A stretch of 38,860 bases of DNA, from assembly GCA_009839835.1 (NCBI GenBank), contig VXOY01000032.1, forward strand, positions 1 through 38,860. The letters are read 5' to 3'. This DNA comes from Candidatus Spechtbacteria bacterium SB0662_bin_43 (GTDB lineage Bacteria; Patescibacteriota; Minisyncoccia; Spechtbacterales; 2-12-FULL-38-22). A model generated the notes under the pieces. It was given only the letters and a program-made list of their open reading frames with translations, made no database searches and was not told the origin of the DNA. A program made the position numbers and the translations under genes. Position 1 is the first letter of the stretch. The number at the start of each line of letters is the position of its first letter. Positions 1 through 9,220 of the stretch are shown here, piece after piece.

Positions 1-103
1 ATACCATATGTTTCATGTATTTTTTTACAAGATTCGAGGTCGTTTATTAATTTTATAATATCTTGTCTATTCACAACAAATTAAATTAATTATAGCAACT
101 ATT

Positions 104-625
104 TTATTTTCCATTTTGCTCTGGCAATCTCTCTACAATCTGCTTGCCCATGATAGATAACTGCATATTCTCTTTACTATTCTTACTTTTTGTTTTTATA
201 TATTCAATGTATCCATACTGAGGATTACTACGTGTTGCCTTTATGGCACTGTCTAAGTAAGTAGTGTTTTTAATTGTAGTATCACCTGGATAATCACGAA
301 CATATTGTATAATCTCCTTTTTTGTGATGTGACTATTACCTAACTTTTCTGTATGATAATAAACATCACAAGCAATCCTCTGGTATATGTTTTTGGGGTG
401 CTTCTTTTTTATAAATTCTTTATGTACATCCGTATCATCATTAACTACATTCACTCCACCCATAGCATTATTACTTGATAATTTGCTCTGATTTTGCCCA
501 GAATTTAATAAATGCCCCAACACAACCCCAAATGCTGATTCATAAAAGTCAATATTAACCTCGCTATTATTTACTATTTCTTCTGTCTCTTTTATTTTTT
601 CTATGATGTATTCATTTTCGCTCAT
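104..625 (-). CDS. hypothetical protein with probable C-terminal winged-helix domain
   Basis: 173-aa ORF. The C-terminal half (EFIKKKHPKN...YY...LSIMGKQIVERL) parallels the neighbouring ORF and ends in a wing-like L(S/T)xxG motif. Last gene of a tight 3-gene unit. Confidence 0.6.
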   Translation of the reverse strand: MSENEYIIEKIKETEEIVNNSEVNIDFYESAFGVVLGHLLNSGQNQSKLSSNNAMGGVNVVNDDTDVHKEFIKKKHPKNIYQRIACDVYYHTEKLGNSHITKKEIIQYVRDYPGDTTIKNTTYLDSAIKATRSNPQYGYIEYIKTKSKNSKENMQLSIMGKQIVERLPEQNGK

Positions 626-636
626 ACTAAAATTTA

Positions 637-1065
637 TTATTGATTTGTAACTTCATTGCTCATTTGATTCACAACCTCATTACCAGATTGCGTAAGCTCA
701 TACCTCCTTTTCTTTGTACCAGATTCTTTATTATCAGAAAGCATTATCCATCCCTTGTTGACACACTGACTTATTGCATCGCTTATATTAACTGGAATTT
801 TTATCTTGCTATTTTTTACTCCAGAAAGTATATTTTTAACATCCTCGCTTTCAAAATTTTTCATATCTTTTTTATAATGCGACAAATAAACCACAGAACA
901 TACCACTGTTTCATTCGTAGTTTTAGGCTTTCGCTCCAATAAAAACTCTACTATACTTTGTTTTTTAGTAAATTTATTCATACTTTTCTTTGATAGAACA
1001 TCTTCCAATGCCTCAACTCTATCACGCAACTGATTAAATTCCTTTCTTGTAATACTATTACTCAT
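637..1065 (-). CDS. hypothetical winged-helix protein
   Basis: 142-aa ORF with EFLLERKPKT...PVNISDAISQCVNKGWI...YELTQSGNEVV, a wHTH-type ending. ATGA overlap with the upstream gene. Confidence 0.65.
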   Translation of the reverse strand: MSNSITRKEFNQLRDRVEALEDVLSKKSMNKFTKKQSIVEFLLERKPKTTNETVVCSVVYLSHYKKDMKNFESEDVKNILSGVKNSKIKIPVNISDAISQCVNKGWIMLSDNKESGTKKRRYELTQSGNEVVNQMSNEVTNQ

Positions 1066-1493
1066 ACTTCGCTTTTGTTATTAATTTTAGTTATAAAATC
1101 CATCACAACACGCACTCTATATTTGGGGATGTGATACAAAACTTCCCGATTATTTTTCCCAACTCTCTCTATAGCATTTTTCATCCTGAGATCCTTCACA
1201 ACTCCATCTGCTTCATTTTTAGAGATACCTATCTTTTTTTGCAATGACTTAGAAGATGAATATATCAACTCTTCTTTACCAACTCCACTAAAAACAAGAA
1301 CACATTGACCTAAGAGGAAATACAGTACCTTCAATTTCGCGCTTTTATGTAATAGCAGATCTGAGGACAGAACAACCTCATTAGTATCTTTAACTATAGA
1401 TACCTTGCTTCGCAAAAATGGAACTATAACATCAATCATATTCTCTGGTTTCTCTACATAAAGATCGTTTATTGTGAATCTCTGGTTCATCAT
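1062..1493 (-). CDS. hypothetical winged-helix-like protein
   Basis: Start moved to ATG 1493 (or 1490), after AAGGTG. HTH-like LQKKIGISKNEADGVVKDLRMKNAIERV. Stop overlaps the next start. Confidence 0.55.
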   Translation of the reverse strand: MMNQRFTINDLYVEKPENMIDVIVPFLRSKVSIVKDTNEVVLSSDLLLHKSAKLKVLYFLLGQCVLVFSGVGKEELIYSSSKSLQKKIGISKNEADGVVKDLRMKNAIERVGKNNREVLYHIPKYRVRVVMDFITKINNKSEV

Positions 1494-1884
1494 ACACCTT
1501 AAGTATAACAAAGAAAAAATAAATAGCCAACTCATTTAACGTCTCGTTGCGATAATATATCGCATACATCAAAATAATGTCTAAAAATAAGGGGAAAAAG
1601 CAGTTATTGTCTATAACAGTATCATTATAATGAATAGCAGTTAGACGTCAATCTGTTGATAAATATAACCTACTATTACAAGCATCGCCTCTATATACAC
1701 ATAAATACTCATTGTCAAGACTATTTTCTGTGTATAATAATGGCTCTATATAGATAATCAACAATAGAATATTGAAAAACAGATAAGAAATAAGGTATTT
1801 GATAACGCTGCTCTACACAAAATAAAATAGTATTATTTCAAAATAGCTATATTCTTTTATTTTACCCCTAAAATCAGAGTTTAA

Positions 1885-1912
1885 ACCATTTTGTTGAGTT
1901 CAACAAAATGGT
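1885..1912. repeat. perfect 13-bp inverted repeat, operator-like
   Basis: ACCATTTTGTTGA-GT-TCAACAAAATGGT in the AT-rich intergenic region. Confidence 0.8.
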
Positions 1913-2038
1913 CACTTGAAAAAAGCCGGAGCATATCTTTCCACAATAATATACCCTACCACCATTATTGTGGTGTATATCGTATAAAAACACTCTTTTA
2001 TACGCACATCGCGGTTCTCTGTGTTATCTGTCAACATC

Positions 2039-2497
2039 CTATGCTTCGTATGCATCTTTATGTTGTTGGTATTTTTTTACCAATCCACTGCTGGATTGAA
2101 CTTTGCCGCCGTGCCCTACATTAAAAACAGGTTGTATGCCCAACGACTTACACACAACTGCCTCGGGTATATTACCGTGTTTTCTATCTCCTCCGTTCGC
2201 AAAAATATGGGGTTGTATCTTCTGCAATTCAGCTGCAACGCTCAAGTCTGTTGTGCCTTTTGTATGGAACGAAAGAATAACCTCATCAACACAATCTAAC
2301 GCGTGTAGTATCTCTTCGCGTTCTTTTTCAGGCATAAACACAAATCCTTTTTTTGCGCGCAGCCAGTGGTCATTATTCAAAATAACGATGTGCTTTGACC
2401 CCAGTTGTTTTGCTTCTTGGAACATCCGAATGTGCCCTATGTGCAGAGGGTCAAATCCTCCAGATGTTACAACAATAAGGTTCTTTTCTTGTGCCAT
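2039..2497 (-). CDS. cytidylyltransferase-like nucleotidyltransferase (HIGH family; TagD/RibL-like)
   Basis: SGGFDPLHIGH motif, ANGGDR, C-terminal KVQSSS. Confidence 0.85.
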   Translation of the reverse strand: MAQEKNLIVVTSGGFDPLHIGHIRMFQEAKQLGSKHIVILNNDHWLRAKKGFVFMPEKEREEILHALDCVDEVILSFHTKGTTDLSVAAELQKIQPHIFANGGDRKHGNIPEAVVCKSLGIQPVFNVGHGGKVQSSSGLVKKYQQHKDAYEA

Positions 2498-2498
2498 A

Positions 2499-3026
2499 CT
2501 ACGACAGATGATGTTCTTTATACGCCATTGCCATAATCAATCCATATTTTGTGTACTCTTTTCGTGTCATCCTTCCTCCTGTGAACAAGCCAACAAAACC
2601 ATCTGCGTGCCCTATGTTTTCCTCGCTTGTCAAACCACTCACCTTGCACGCACGGCTCAAATCAATATCGCCCTCAAGCGCAGTATCAACGAGCCGCTTT
2701 GGCAACGCAATGGCAGGCGAAAACCCTGTATAGAGACGGTCGCCATCGTACACCGAAACAACCGACACATCCATATACCCTACCTGCGGAACCTGCATCA
2801 ACCCCGATTCAATGCCAACGCTCAATACGCACTCGGAAAAACTGTTCTTTGCCCTGTTGTGTGATCCTTGTATTGTTTCGTCCAATGAGAGGGGCTGGTC
2901 AGAAACACCAGACTCCACAGAAACACCAACAACTTCTGCATCTTTATACTCATCGTACAACTGCAACCCTTCCTGTATTGCCTGAACCTTTGTATTATTT
3001 TTTGACCCAACGCAAACTTTTATCAT
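2499..3026 (-). CDS. yjjX: inosine/xanthosine triphosphatase (YjjX/DUF84 family)
   Basis: Likely start MIKVCVGSKNNTKVQA (ATG 3026). Family motifs SGVSDQP, G..NRA, VGIESG, GFVGLFT..R. Confidence 0.8.
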   Translation of the reverse strand: MIKVCVGSKNNTKVQAIQEGLQLYDEYKDAEVVGVSVESGVSDQPLSLDETIQGSHNRAKNSFSECVLSVGIESGLMQVPQVGYMDVSVVSVYDGDRLYTGFSPAIALPKRLVDTALEGDIDLSRACKVSGLTSEENIGHADGFVGLFTGGRMTRKEYTKYGLIMAMAYKEHHLS

Positions 3027-3115
3027 AGTTATCACAGTGTAGCACACAATGCATAGAACGCTCAACAACGGCTCTGTGTTGCAAAGAGCATACCCAACCA
3101 TTACAATACCCGTAT

Positions 3116-3640
3116 ATGCAACAAGATACACCAAACACTGCAACGACAACCGTAGGAATTTTCTCTGTGCCACACGAACGAATGCAAACGCACACATCCA
3201 GTGCGTTTGTTGTGTCGTGTATTGACCCTCGGTTTGCAGACGCAATATGGGAGTTTATGAAGAAACAGCATCCGTATCATTTTGACGCTCCTGTCAACAC
3301 GCCAGGAGGAGCGAAAGCGCTTGCAGAAGATACAGTAAAAAGACAAGAGATATACAACGATCTAACAGTGGCTATCGCCCTCCACTCTGTAGAGTATCTG
3401 TATGTCTTTGTTCACAGTCAGTGCGGAGGATACAATATACCAGACAGGTCTCAAGAACAACAGCAGCAAATAGCAGACCTGTACCAAGTACGCAATAGCA
3501 TCAAAACACATCCGCAAGACCAGGTTCGCAACCTGACAGTGCGCGCATTTATCGCAGATGGACACGACGATTCAATCCAGCAAACAAACGCATCCAAGAC
3601 CAGACAGTGGGACAACATCCTTATCAAACAGGTGTACTAA
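3116..3640 (+). CDS. beta-carbonic-anhydrase-like protein
   Basis: Zn-ligand motifs CxDxR (SCIDPRF) and HxxC (HSQCGGY), plus PGG. Start could be 3182. Confidence 0.7.
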   Translation: MQQDTPNTATTTVGIFSVPHERMQTHTSSAFVVSCIDPRFADAIWEFMKKQHPYHFDAPVNTPGGAKALAEDTVKRQEIYNDLTVAIALHSVEYLYVFVHSQCGGYNIPDRSQEQQQQIADLYQVRNSIKTHPQDQVRNLTVRAFIADGHDDSIQQTNASKTRQWDNILIKQVY

Positions 3641-3768
3641 ATCCTGTTTTTTCTTGTACAAAAAAGAGGTACGTATCCCCAAAAACAAGTGAAAAGAGTA
3701 TGACTTGTCGTACAATAACGTGGCGCAAGGGATACTCACCAAAAGAGGTTGTTTGAAAAAACAGGATT
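3640..3768. repeat. 129-bp element bounded by a 14-bp perfect inverted repeat, with nested inverted repeats
   Basis: AATCCTGTTTTTTC (3640-3653) / GAAAAAACAGGATT (3755-3768). Inner pair GTATCCC (3673-3679) / GGGATAC (3729-3735). Confidence 0.7.
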
Positions 3769-3781
3769 GATACAGTATAGT
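3753..3781 (+). promoter_or_regulatory. sigma70-type promoter of the GT2 gene, nearly leaderless
   Basis: TTGAAA-17 nt-TATAGT, ending 8 nt before ATG 3790. Confidence 0.55.
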
Positions 3782-3789
3782 AGTGTATT

Positions 3790-4632
3790 ATGGATGTTTC
3801 TATTATTGTGAATCACTATCGGCTGTCCAGTGTGCTTGAGCTATCGCTTACGTATCTTTTGAAGTGGCAGAAAGAGTACGAGATGCGCAATGGAGAAGGA
3901 AGTACAGAGATTATTGTTGTTGATTCTGGGACAACACGCAAGACACGAGAGATGGTGAGTACTGGATTTCCATCTATTGTTTTTTTGTCGCACGAGCACA
4001 ATATCGGTTTTGGAAAATCGGTGAACGCTGGGCTCAAACGCGCGCAGGGATCGTTCATTTTTATACTGAACGCAGATTGCATTGTTCCGTATCCAAAAGA
4101 AATTGATGTGCTGTTGGACTACTTGAAACAGCAACGACATGTTGGTTTAGTAGGACCCCAGTTATTGAATTTTGATAACACGCATCAGCACTCAGCGTTT
4201 CGTTTCTATACCCCTCTTACTATCTTGGCGCGCAGAACGCCGTTTGGAAGAACGACAAAAGGAGTACGAGCAATTGAGAGATTCATTATGGCGCGGAGCG
4301 CGAGAAGGTCAAATGAGGGCACAAATGTAGATTGGTTGATGGGGTCTGCGCTCCTCACAAAAAAGAAGTATGTAGAGAAAGTCGGCTTGTTTGACGAACA
4401 GTTTTTTATGTATATGGAAGATGTTGATTGGTGTCGCAGATTTTGGGAGGCTGGGTTGCGGGTTATGTACTGCCCTGCCTCTAAAATCTACCATTTTCAT
4501 GGCAAGGCGAGCAGAAACAAAAACCCATTGGCATTTTTATTCAATAAGTACACGCGCATCCACCTTATGAGCGCGTATAAGTATTTCAAAAAGTACGGTA
4601 CAAAAGCACCATCCTATACGATGAAGTATTAA
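3790..4632 (+). CDS. glycosyltransferase family 2 (WbbL/rhamnosyltransferase-like)
   Basis: IIVVDSG, NIGFGKSVNAG, LNAD, VDWLMGSALL, FDEQFFMYMEDVDWC. Confidence 0.9.
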   Translation: MDVSIIVNHYRLSSVLELSLTYLLKWQKEYEMRNGEGSTEIIVVDSGTTRKTREMVSTGFPSIVFLSHEHNIGFGKSVNAGLKRAQGSFIFILNADCIVPYPKEIDVLLDYLKQQRHVGLVGPQLLNFDNTHQHSAFRFYTPLTILARRTPFGRTTKGVRAIERFIMARSARRSNEGTNVDWLMGSALLTKKKYVEKVGLFDEQFFMYMEDVDWCRRFWEAGLRVMYCPASKIYHFHGKASRNKNPLAFLFNKYTRIHLMSAYKYFKKYGTKAPSYTMKY

Positions 4633-4659
4633 TTTCAACAAACCAACCTTCTTTGTGAA

Positions 4660-4687
4660 TATGAAAAAGGATTATACTTTTTTCATA
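4660..4687. terminator. AT-rich hairpin between convergent genes
   Basis: TATGAAAAAG...CTTTTTTCATA inverted repeat. Confidence 0.4.
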
Positions 4688-4723
4688 CAAACATCAAAAG
4701 GCAAGAGTTTCTGTGCTAATCTC

Positions 4724-4936
4724 TTATGCAAACACCTGAACAAAAAGAAAGGTGAATAAAGCAATGAGCCCGACAAAAACAAGAAACCCAATCACAAGAT
4801 AGGGCAGTGCTTTTTTCAGGGCTATTTTGATAATCCGTTCGCGTATCATATTCCTTTGTTGAAAGACAACTTTGAAGGCTGCTATCACGATACGCAGCCA
4901 CGAAGTATCTTTTTTCTTATATGAATCGTCTGTCAT
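4724..4936 (-). CDS. small membrane protein
   Basis: 70 aa with a C-terminal hydrophobic helix. Starts 5 nt after the metG stop. Confidence 0.55.
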   Translation of the reverse strand: MTDDSYKKKDTSWLRIVIAAFKVVFQQRNMIRERIIKIALKKALPYLVIGFLVFVGLIALFTFLFVQVFA

Positions 4937-4941
4937 AAAAA

Positions 4942-6432
4942 CTATGGAAGGTGCTGGAAGAGCGGTTCTCCTTTTTGTAGAGTGAACGATTGCGGCTCAG
5001 ATTCAACACTCACTCCGCATCGTCTCATCATCTCTTCTGCGCTATCAGGAATAATGGGCAACAACAACCACGCAATTGAGTAAAGGAGGTACGTCATATC
5101 TATCATCTCTTTTTGAAACCGCTCTCTATCTTGGGTGGGCAACTCCCACAAACGAATGTCGTTGATCCTCTTATCGCCCCACCGCATCAGAGAACGAACA
5201 GACGCTATAGCTTCGTTGATGGAAAACTGCTCCATAGAACGATGGTAGATCTGCGTGTGTTCTGCAACAACAGTGCGGCACTGTTTGGTTGGCATATTAT
5301 CAAACGCGCCCTTGTAATGCTGCTCTCCTAAGGACGAGATGCGCGAGGTAAAATTGCCAAACCCAAACGCCAAATCTGCATTACATCGCGTTTCTAACTT
5401 TTCATACGAAAAGTCGCCGTCTTGGGTGCTGGATATTTCAGCGAGCAAAAAATAACGGACTGGATCCGCGCCGTATTTCTCAACCAGTGCTAATGGATCA
5501 ACAACATTTCCCAACGATTTTGACATCTTCACCCCATCAACGCTCACAAAGCCATGGGCAACAATACATTTTGGAAGCGGTATATTGGCACTCAAGAGCA
5601 TCCCGATCCATATAGCTGAATGAAATCGCAAGATGTCTTTTCCAATAATATGGACATCAGCAGGCCAGTACTGCTGAAACTGATCGCTATTGTGCTCGTA
5701 CCCAAGCACAGAGATGTAGTTCGTGAGCGCGTCTGCCCATACATACATTGTTTGCGTGTCGTCGTCTGGAACAGGAATGCCCCACTGTAAGTCCTTTCTG
5801 GGACGGGAAAACGACACATCTTCTAACCCCTGACTGAGCAACGAAAGCACCTCGTTCTTTCGCTCTGTTGGGTAAATCATCAACTCATTGCTCTCAATCG
5901 CTTGCTGTATTGCGTCTGTGTACGATGAGAGGCGAAAAAAATAGTTTTCCTCCTCTACGACATCGGGTTTTGCGTTGTGCAGCTCGCATACACCATTGCT
6001 ATTCAAATCTTTACTTGTGACAAATGCCTCGTGTCCAACGCAATACAACCCTTGGTATTGCTTTTTATACATATCACCGTTTTCAAGTAATACGTTCCAC
6101 AGCTTCACAACACTCCCCCAATGCGCCTTTTTATCACTCGTCCGAACAAAAGCAGAGTATGAAACATTGAGCATATCAGCCATTGCACGAAAAACAGATG
6201 TGTTGCTGTCAACAAATTCTTGAACCGCGCTCCCTGCTTGTTCTGCTGCTCGCACGATCTTTGCTCCGTGCTCGTCAACGCCTGTTGCAAAAAATACATC
6301 CTTCCCTAAGAGCCGCTGGTAGCGCGCAAGTGCATCGGCTTGTACTTTTTCTAATGCGTGTCCGATGTGCGGTTTGCCGTTCACATAATCAATAGCAGTC
6401 GTAATATAGTACGATGATGGAAATGACCTCAT
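4942..6432 (-). CDS. metG: methionine--tRNA ligase (short form)
   Basis: YITTAIDYVNGKPHIGH, YVWADAL, IGKDILRFH, KMSKS. Confidence 0.97.
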   Translation of the reverse strand: MRSFPSSYYITTAIDYVNGKPHIGHALEKVQADALARYQRLLGKDVFFATGVDEHGAKIVRAAEQAGSAVQEFVDSNTSVFRAMADMLNVSYSAFVRTSDKKAHWGSVVKLWNVLLENGDMYKKQYQGLYCVGHEAFVTSKDLNSNGVCELHNAKPDVVEEENYFFRLSSYTDAIQQAIESNELMIYPTERKNEVLSLLSQGLEDVSFSRPRKDLQWGIPVPDDDTQTMYVWADALTNYISVLGYEHNSDQFQQYWPADVHIIGKDILRFHSAIWIGMLLSANIPLPKCIVAHGFVSVDGVKMSKSLGNVVDPLALVEKYGADPVRYFLLAEISSTQDGDFSYEKLETRCNADLAFGFGNFTSRISSLGEQHYKGAFDNMPTKQCRTVVAEHTQIYHRSMEQFSINEAIASVRSLMRWGDKRINDIRLWELPTQDRERFQKEMIDMTYLLYSIAWLLLPIIPDSAEEMMRRCGVSVESEPQSFTLQKGEPLFQHLP

Positions 6433-6472
6433 GGTATTAGTAACCTTGCGATAAAATTCTTTATATTCTTAC

Positions 6473-6570
6473 AGAGAAAGGATTCTACTTTTTTGTGCAT
6501 AAATACTACTACGCAAAATGAGTATATATTGATAGATGACCTTGGCACAAAAAAGTAGAATCCTTTCTCT
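6473..6570. repeat. 98-bp element with a perfect 26-bp terminal inverted repeat (MITE/REP-like)
   Basis: AGAGAAAGGATTCTACTTTTTTGTGC (6473-6498) and its exact reverse complement (6545-6570). Confidence 0.85.
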
Positions 6571-6626
6571 TCCAATGGTCTTGACAAAAAAGATGTCCTG
6601 TCTTCTTAAATATACACGAGTTTGTT

Positions 6627-7703
6627 CTATGGCGGTGGTTTACTGTCCTGCGGCACTTTTGTTTGTGATTCATCAGATTGAAAATCGCGCATTACTTCTC
6701 CAAGAACTGCAACGAGCGGAATTGCAATGATAATACCCCAGAACCCCAAGAGCTCTGCTCCTATCAATGCAGATGTCAAAATAACAAGAGGGTTTGAACC
6801 AACAACTCGCGCCATTACTGTTGGAAGAATAAAGTTCTGCTCTATTTGCTGGAACAAAACATACACAGCAACAGCGATAAGTCCAGTGATAATGTTAGGA
6901 TCTCCTGCCCCAAGCGACACAAAGAGGAGAATCAAGAATCCTGCGATAAGAGGACCAAGAAATGGAATAATCTCTAAAAATCCTGCCAAGATACCGAGTG
7001 TTGTTGCGTATGGCGACCCTAATATCGTCAAAAGGATAAACACACTCACTCCCATAAATATGGCAAGGATGAATTGTGCCTGGAGCCAGTGCCCTAACCT
7101 CTTTTGGATACGAGACCATAAGTCAGAAACATGGGATCGGTACGAAACAGGGGTAATCTCGGTCAGGAATCGCTCTACTTCTTTTCTATCAAGCGAGAGG
7201 TAGAAGGAAGCAACAAGGGTAAAGAAGAACGACACAACACCACCAAAAATGGAGGTGATAAATACAAATACATCGCCCCCCAAGTCTCCTATCTTGGATT
7301 GAATGCTCTGCAAGAGATCTTCAACATACGGCACAATAAAAGCAAGACCACCAGATTCATCTTCACCTGTTTGCGTATTCAGGAACGAAGTAATCTTGTC
7401 AGGGAGGTCTCTTGAAAGCGTATTAATCTCTGAGAAAAGACCTGGCAAGATAACGTAGAAAACACCAGCAAGTCCAGCAAATGCAACCAAATAAATAGCA
7501 GGCACGCTGACCGCCCTCCGTATTCTGTGGCTCTCTAACCATCGCAGGCTTGGCTCCAGTGCTGCCGCAATAACAATCGCCAAAAACACGCTCGCAAGAA
7601 TACGCCATGTCTCTAACAGCAAGAATATAAACGCAACAACACCCAAAATACGGATAATGGTGTTTGTTGATATATCAATTGTTGTAATGCGATGGTGGTT
7701 CAT
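6627..7703 (-). CDS. AI-2E family transporter (PerM-like)
   Basis: Multi-pass membrane protein with IPFLGP, QQIEQN.I.P and G..GIIIAIP motifs. Confidence 0.9.
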   Translation of the reverse strand: MNHHRITTIDISTNTIIRILGVVAFIFLLLETWRILASVFLAIVIAAALEPSLRWLESHRIRRAVSVPAIYLVAFAGLAGVFYVILPGLFSEINTLSRDLPDKITSFLNTQTGEDESGGLAFIVPYVEDLLQSIQSKIGDLGGDVFVFITSIFGGVVSFFFTLVASFYLSLDRKEVERFLTEITPVSYRSHVSDLWSRIQKRLGHWLQAQFILAIFMGVSVFILLTILGSPYATTLGILAGFLEIIPFLGPLIAGFLILLFVSLGAGDPNIITGLIAVAVYVLFQQIEQNFILPTVMARVVGSNPLVILTSALIGAELLGFWGIIIAIPLVAVLGEVMRDFQSDESQTKVPQDSKPPP

Positions 7704-7707
7704 TATA

Positions 7708-8997
7708 TTACTCTAATTGGGAGAGCGACCCAAGAAGCGATTCGTCACTATGCTGCGCAGCAACAAGTGCGATGTGCGTCTTTCCTTTTAAGAATACATC
7801 ATTTGCGACCTCTTGGGTATCCTGCAACGAAACACTCTTAAGAGCATCTATATACTCTCCAGGGGATTGAGTTGTTCCTACAATAACTTCTTGCATACCC
7901 CAAAACTCTGCAACGCCATCGGTGTGTTCTAATCCTAAATACAGATGTCCTTCTATGTTGTTCTTTGCGTTCGCAAGCTCCTGTTCTGTAATACCTTCAT
8001 CTTTCATATCTTGCATAACGCGAACAATAACCTCTATAGCTTCTTCGGTTTTTCCTTTTGCAATGCCACTCCGTATATATGAAAATCCATAGTCGCTACC
8101 CATTTCAGCTCCTGCACCTATAGCATAACATAGTCCCCGCTGCTCTCGCACCTGGTGGAACAACCGAGAACTCATACCACCGCCCAGCACGGTGAGTAAT
8201 ACTCGCAAAGCATACCTGCGCGAGTCGCCCATCGCATAGCTTGGAAATCCAAGGGCAATGTGGGTTTGATCTGTTGTTTTCTCTTGGATGCGAACAATAG
8301 GAGAGTGAGTTGCAGGTGGCTGTACAGGATCTTTCACGATGGCTGCTGTACCATCAGACACCCCGCCAAAATACTGATTCGCTAACTCCATAGATGCTTC
8401 GTGGGTGATATTGCCTGCAAAAACCGCAATAATATTCTCCCCTCTGTACTGTTTCTGGAAGTAATCAACAACATTCTCCCGCGTAATATTCTTGACTGTT
8501 TCAGGAATACCTCCAATATCTCGTCCTGCGGGTTGGTCTCCGTACAGCGCCTCTTGCAACACATCCATCACTCTCCGAGATGGTGTGTCGTAGTACATAT
8601 TCAACTCTTCCAGAATAACCGCCTTTTCTCGCTCAATCTCAGAATCAGTGAACAGCGGATGCTTCAGAAAATCACCCATCACATCCAACGCCACCTCTAT
8701 CTTGTCTTTGAGGAGCTTTACATAAAAGGCAGTCCATTCCTCGCTCGTGAACGCATTGAATGCAGCACCAACGCCATCAAGCGTGCTGCTAATCTCAATG
8801 GGTGTTTTGTACTTCTCAGACCCCTTGAAAAACAGGTGCTCTAAATAGTGAGATATACCACTCATCTCTTTTTCCTCGTGGTGAGACCCTGTACATACAA
8901 AAAAATAAACAGTGACCGTCTCAACACGGGGCATTGGTATTGTCATAACCCGAATACCGTTCTGAAGAGTGCCTTTATGCATTGTTTGTTTCATCAT
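7708..8997 (-). CDS. M16 family zinc peptidase (pitrilysin-like)
   Basis: Inverted zincin motif HYLEH, NAFTS, GGGMSSRLF..VRE.RGL.Y. Confidence 0.93.
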   Translation of the reverse strand: MMKQTMHKGTLQNGIRVMTIPMPRVETVTVYFFVCTGSHHEEKEMSGISHYLEHLFFKGSEKYKTPIEISSTLDGVGAAFNAFTSEEWTAFYVKLLKDKIEVALDVMGDFLKHPLFTDSEIEREKAVILEELNMYYDTPSRRVMDVLQEALYGDQPAGRDIGGIPETVKNITRENVVDYFQKQYRGENIIAVFAGNITHEASMELANQYFGGVSDGTAAIVKDPVQPPATHSPIVRIQEKTTDQTHIALGFPSYAMGDSRRYALRVLLTVLGGGMSSRLFHQVREQRGLCYAIGAGAEMGSDYGFSYIRSGIAKGKTEEAIEVIVRVMQDMKDEGITEQELANAKNNIEGHLYLGLEHTDGVAEFWGMQEVIVGTTQSPGEYIDALKSVSLQDTQEVANDVFLKGKTHIALVAAQHSDESLLGSLSQLE

Positions 8998-9109
8998 AAA
9001 CTATGTTTTTATATGTAGTAATTGTAACACTTCAGTAAAGTTCTTTGCATCCTACAGAGGATTGGGATTTTACCTTTTTATGCATAATTGAAGTGCTCTA
9101 TGGATTATA

Positions 9110-9178
9110 GAGAGTATGAGAATATGCTTTTATGAGCATCCGTCTTCGGCGTGAAGAAAAGCATATTCTCATACTCTC
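9110..9178. repeat. perfect 22-bp inverted repeat with a 25-nt spacer, downstream of glyQS
   Basis: GAGAGTATGAGAATATGCTTTT / AAAAGCATATTCTCATACTCTC. Confidence 0.8.
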
Positions 9179-9220
9179 GCCGTATAAACAACTGTGGCAT
9201 AAAAAGCATAATCATAACCT

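Noticed and set aside
3027-3245. Hydrophobic N-terminal extension of YjjX
   Set aside because: It overlaps the divergent carbonic-anhydrase-like gene, and family similarity begins at MIKVCVGS.
6581-6612. TTGACA suggesting an antisense promoter into the AI-2E gene
   Set aside because: No properly spaced -10 box.
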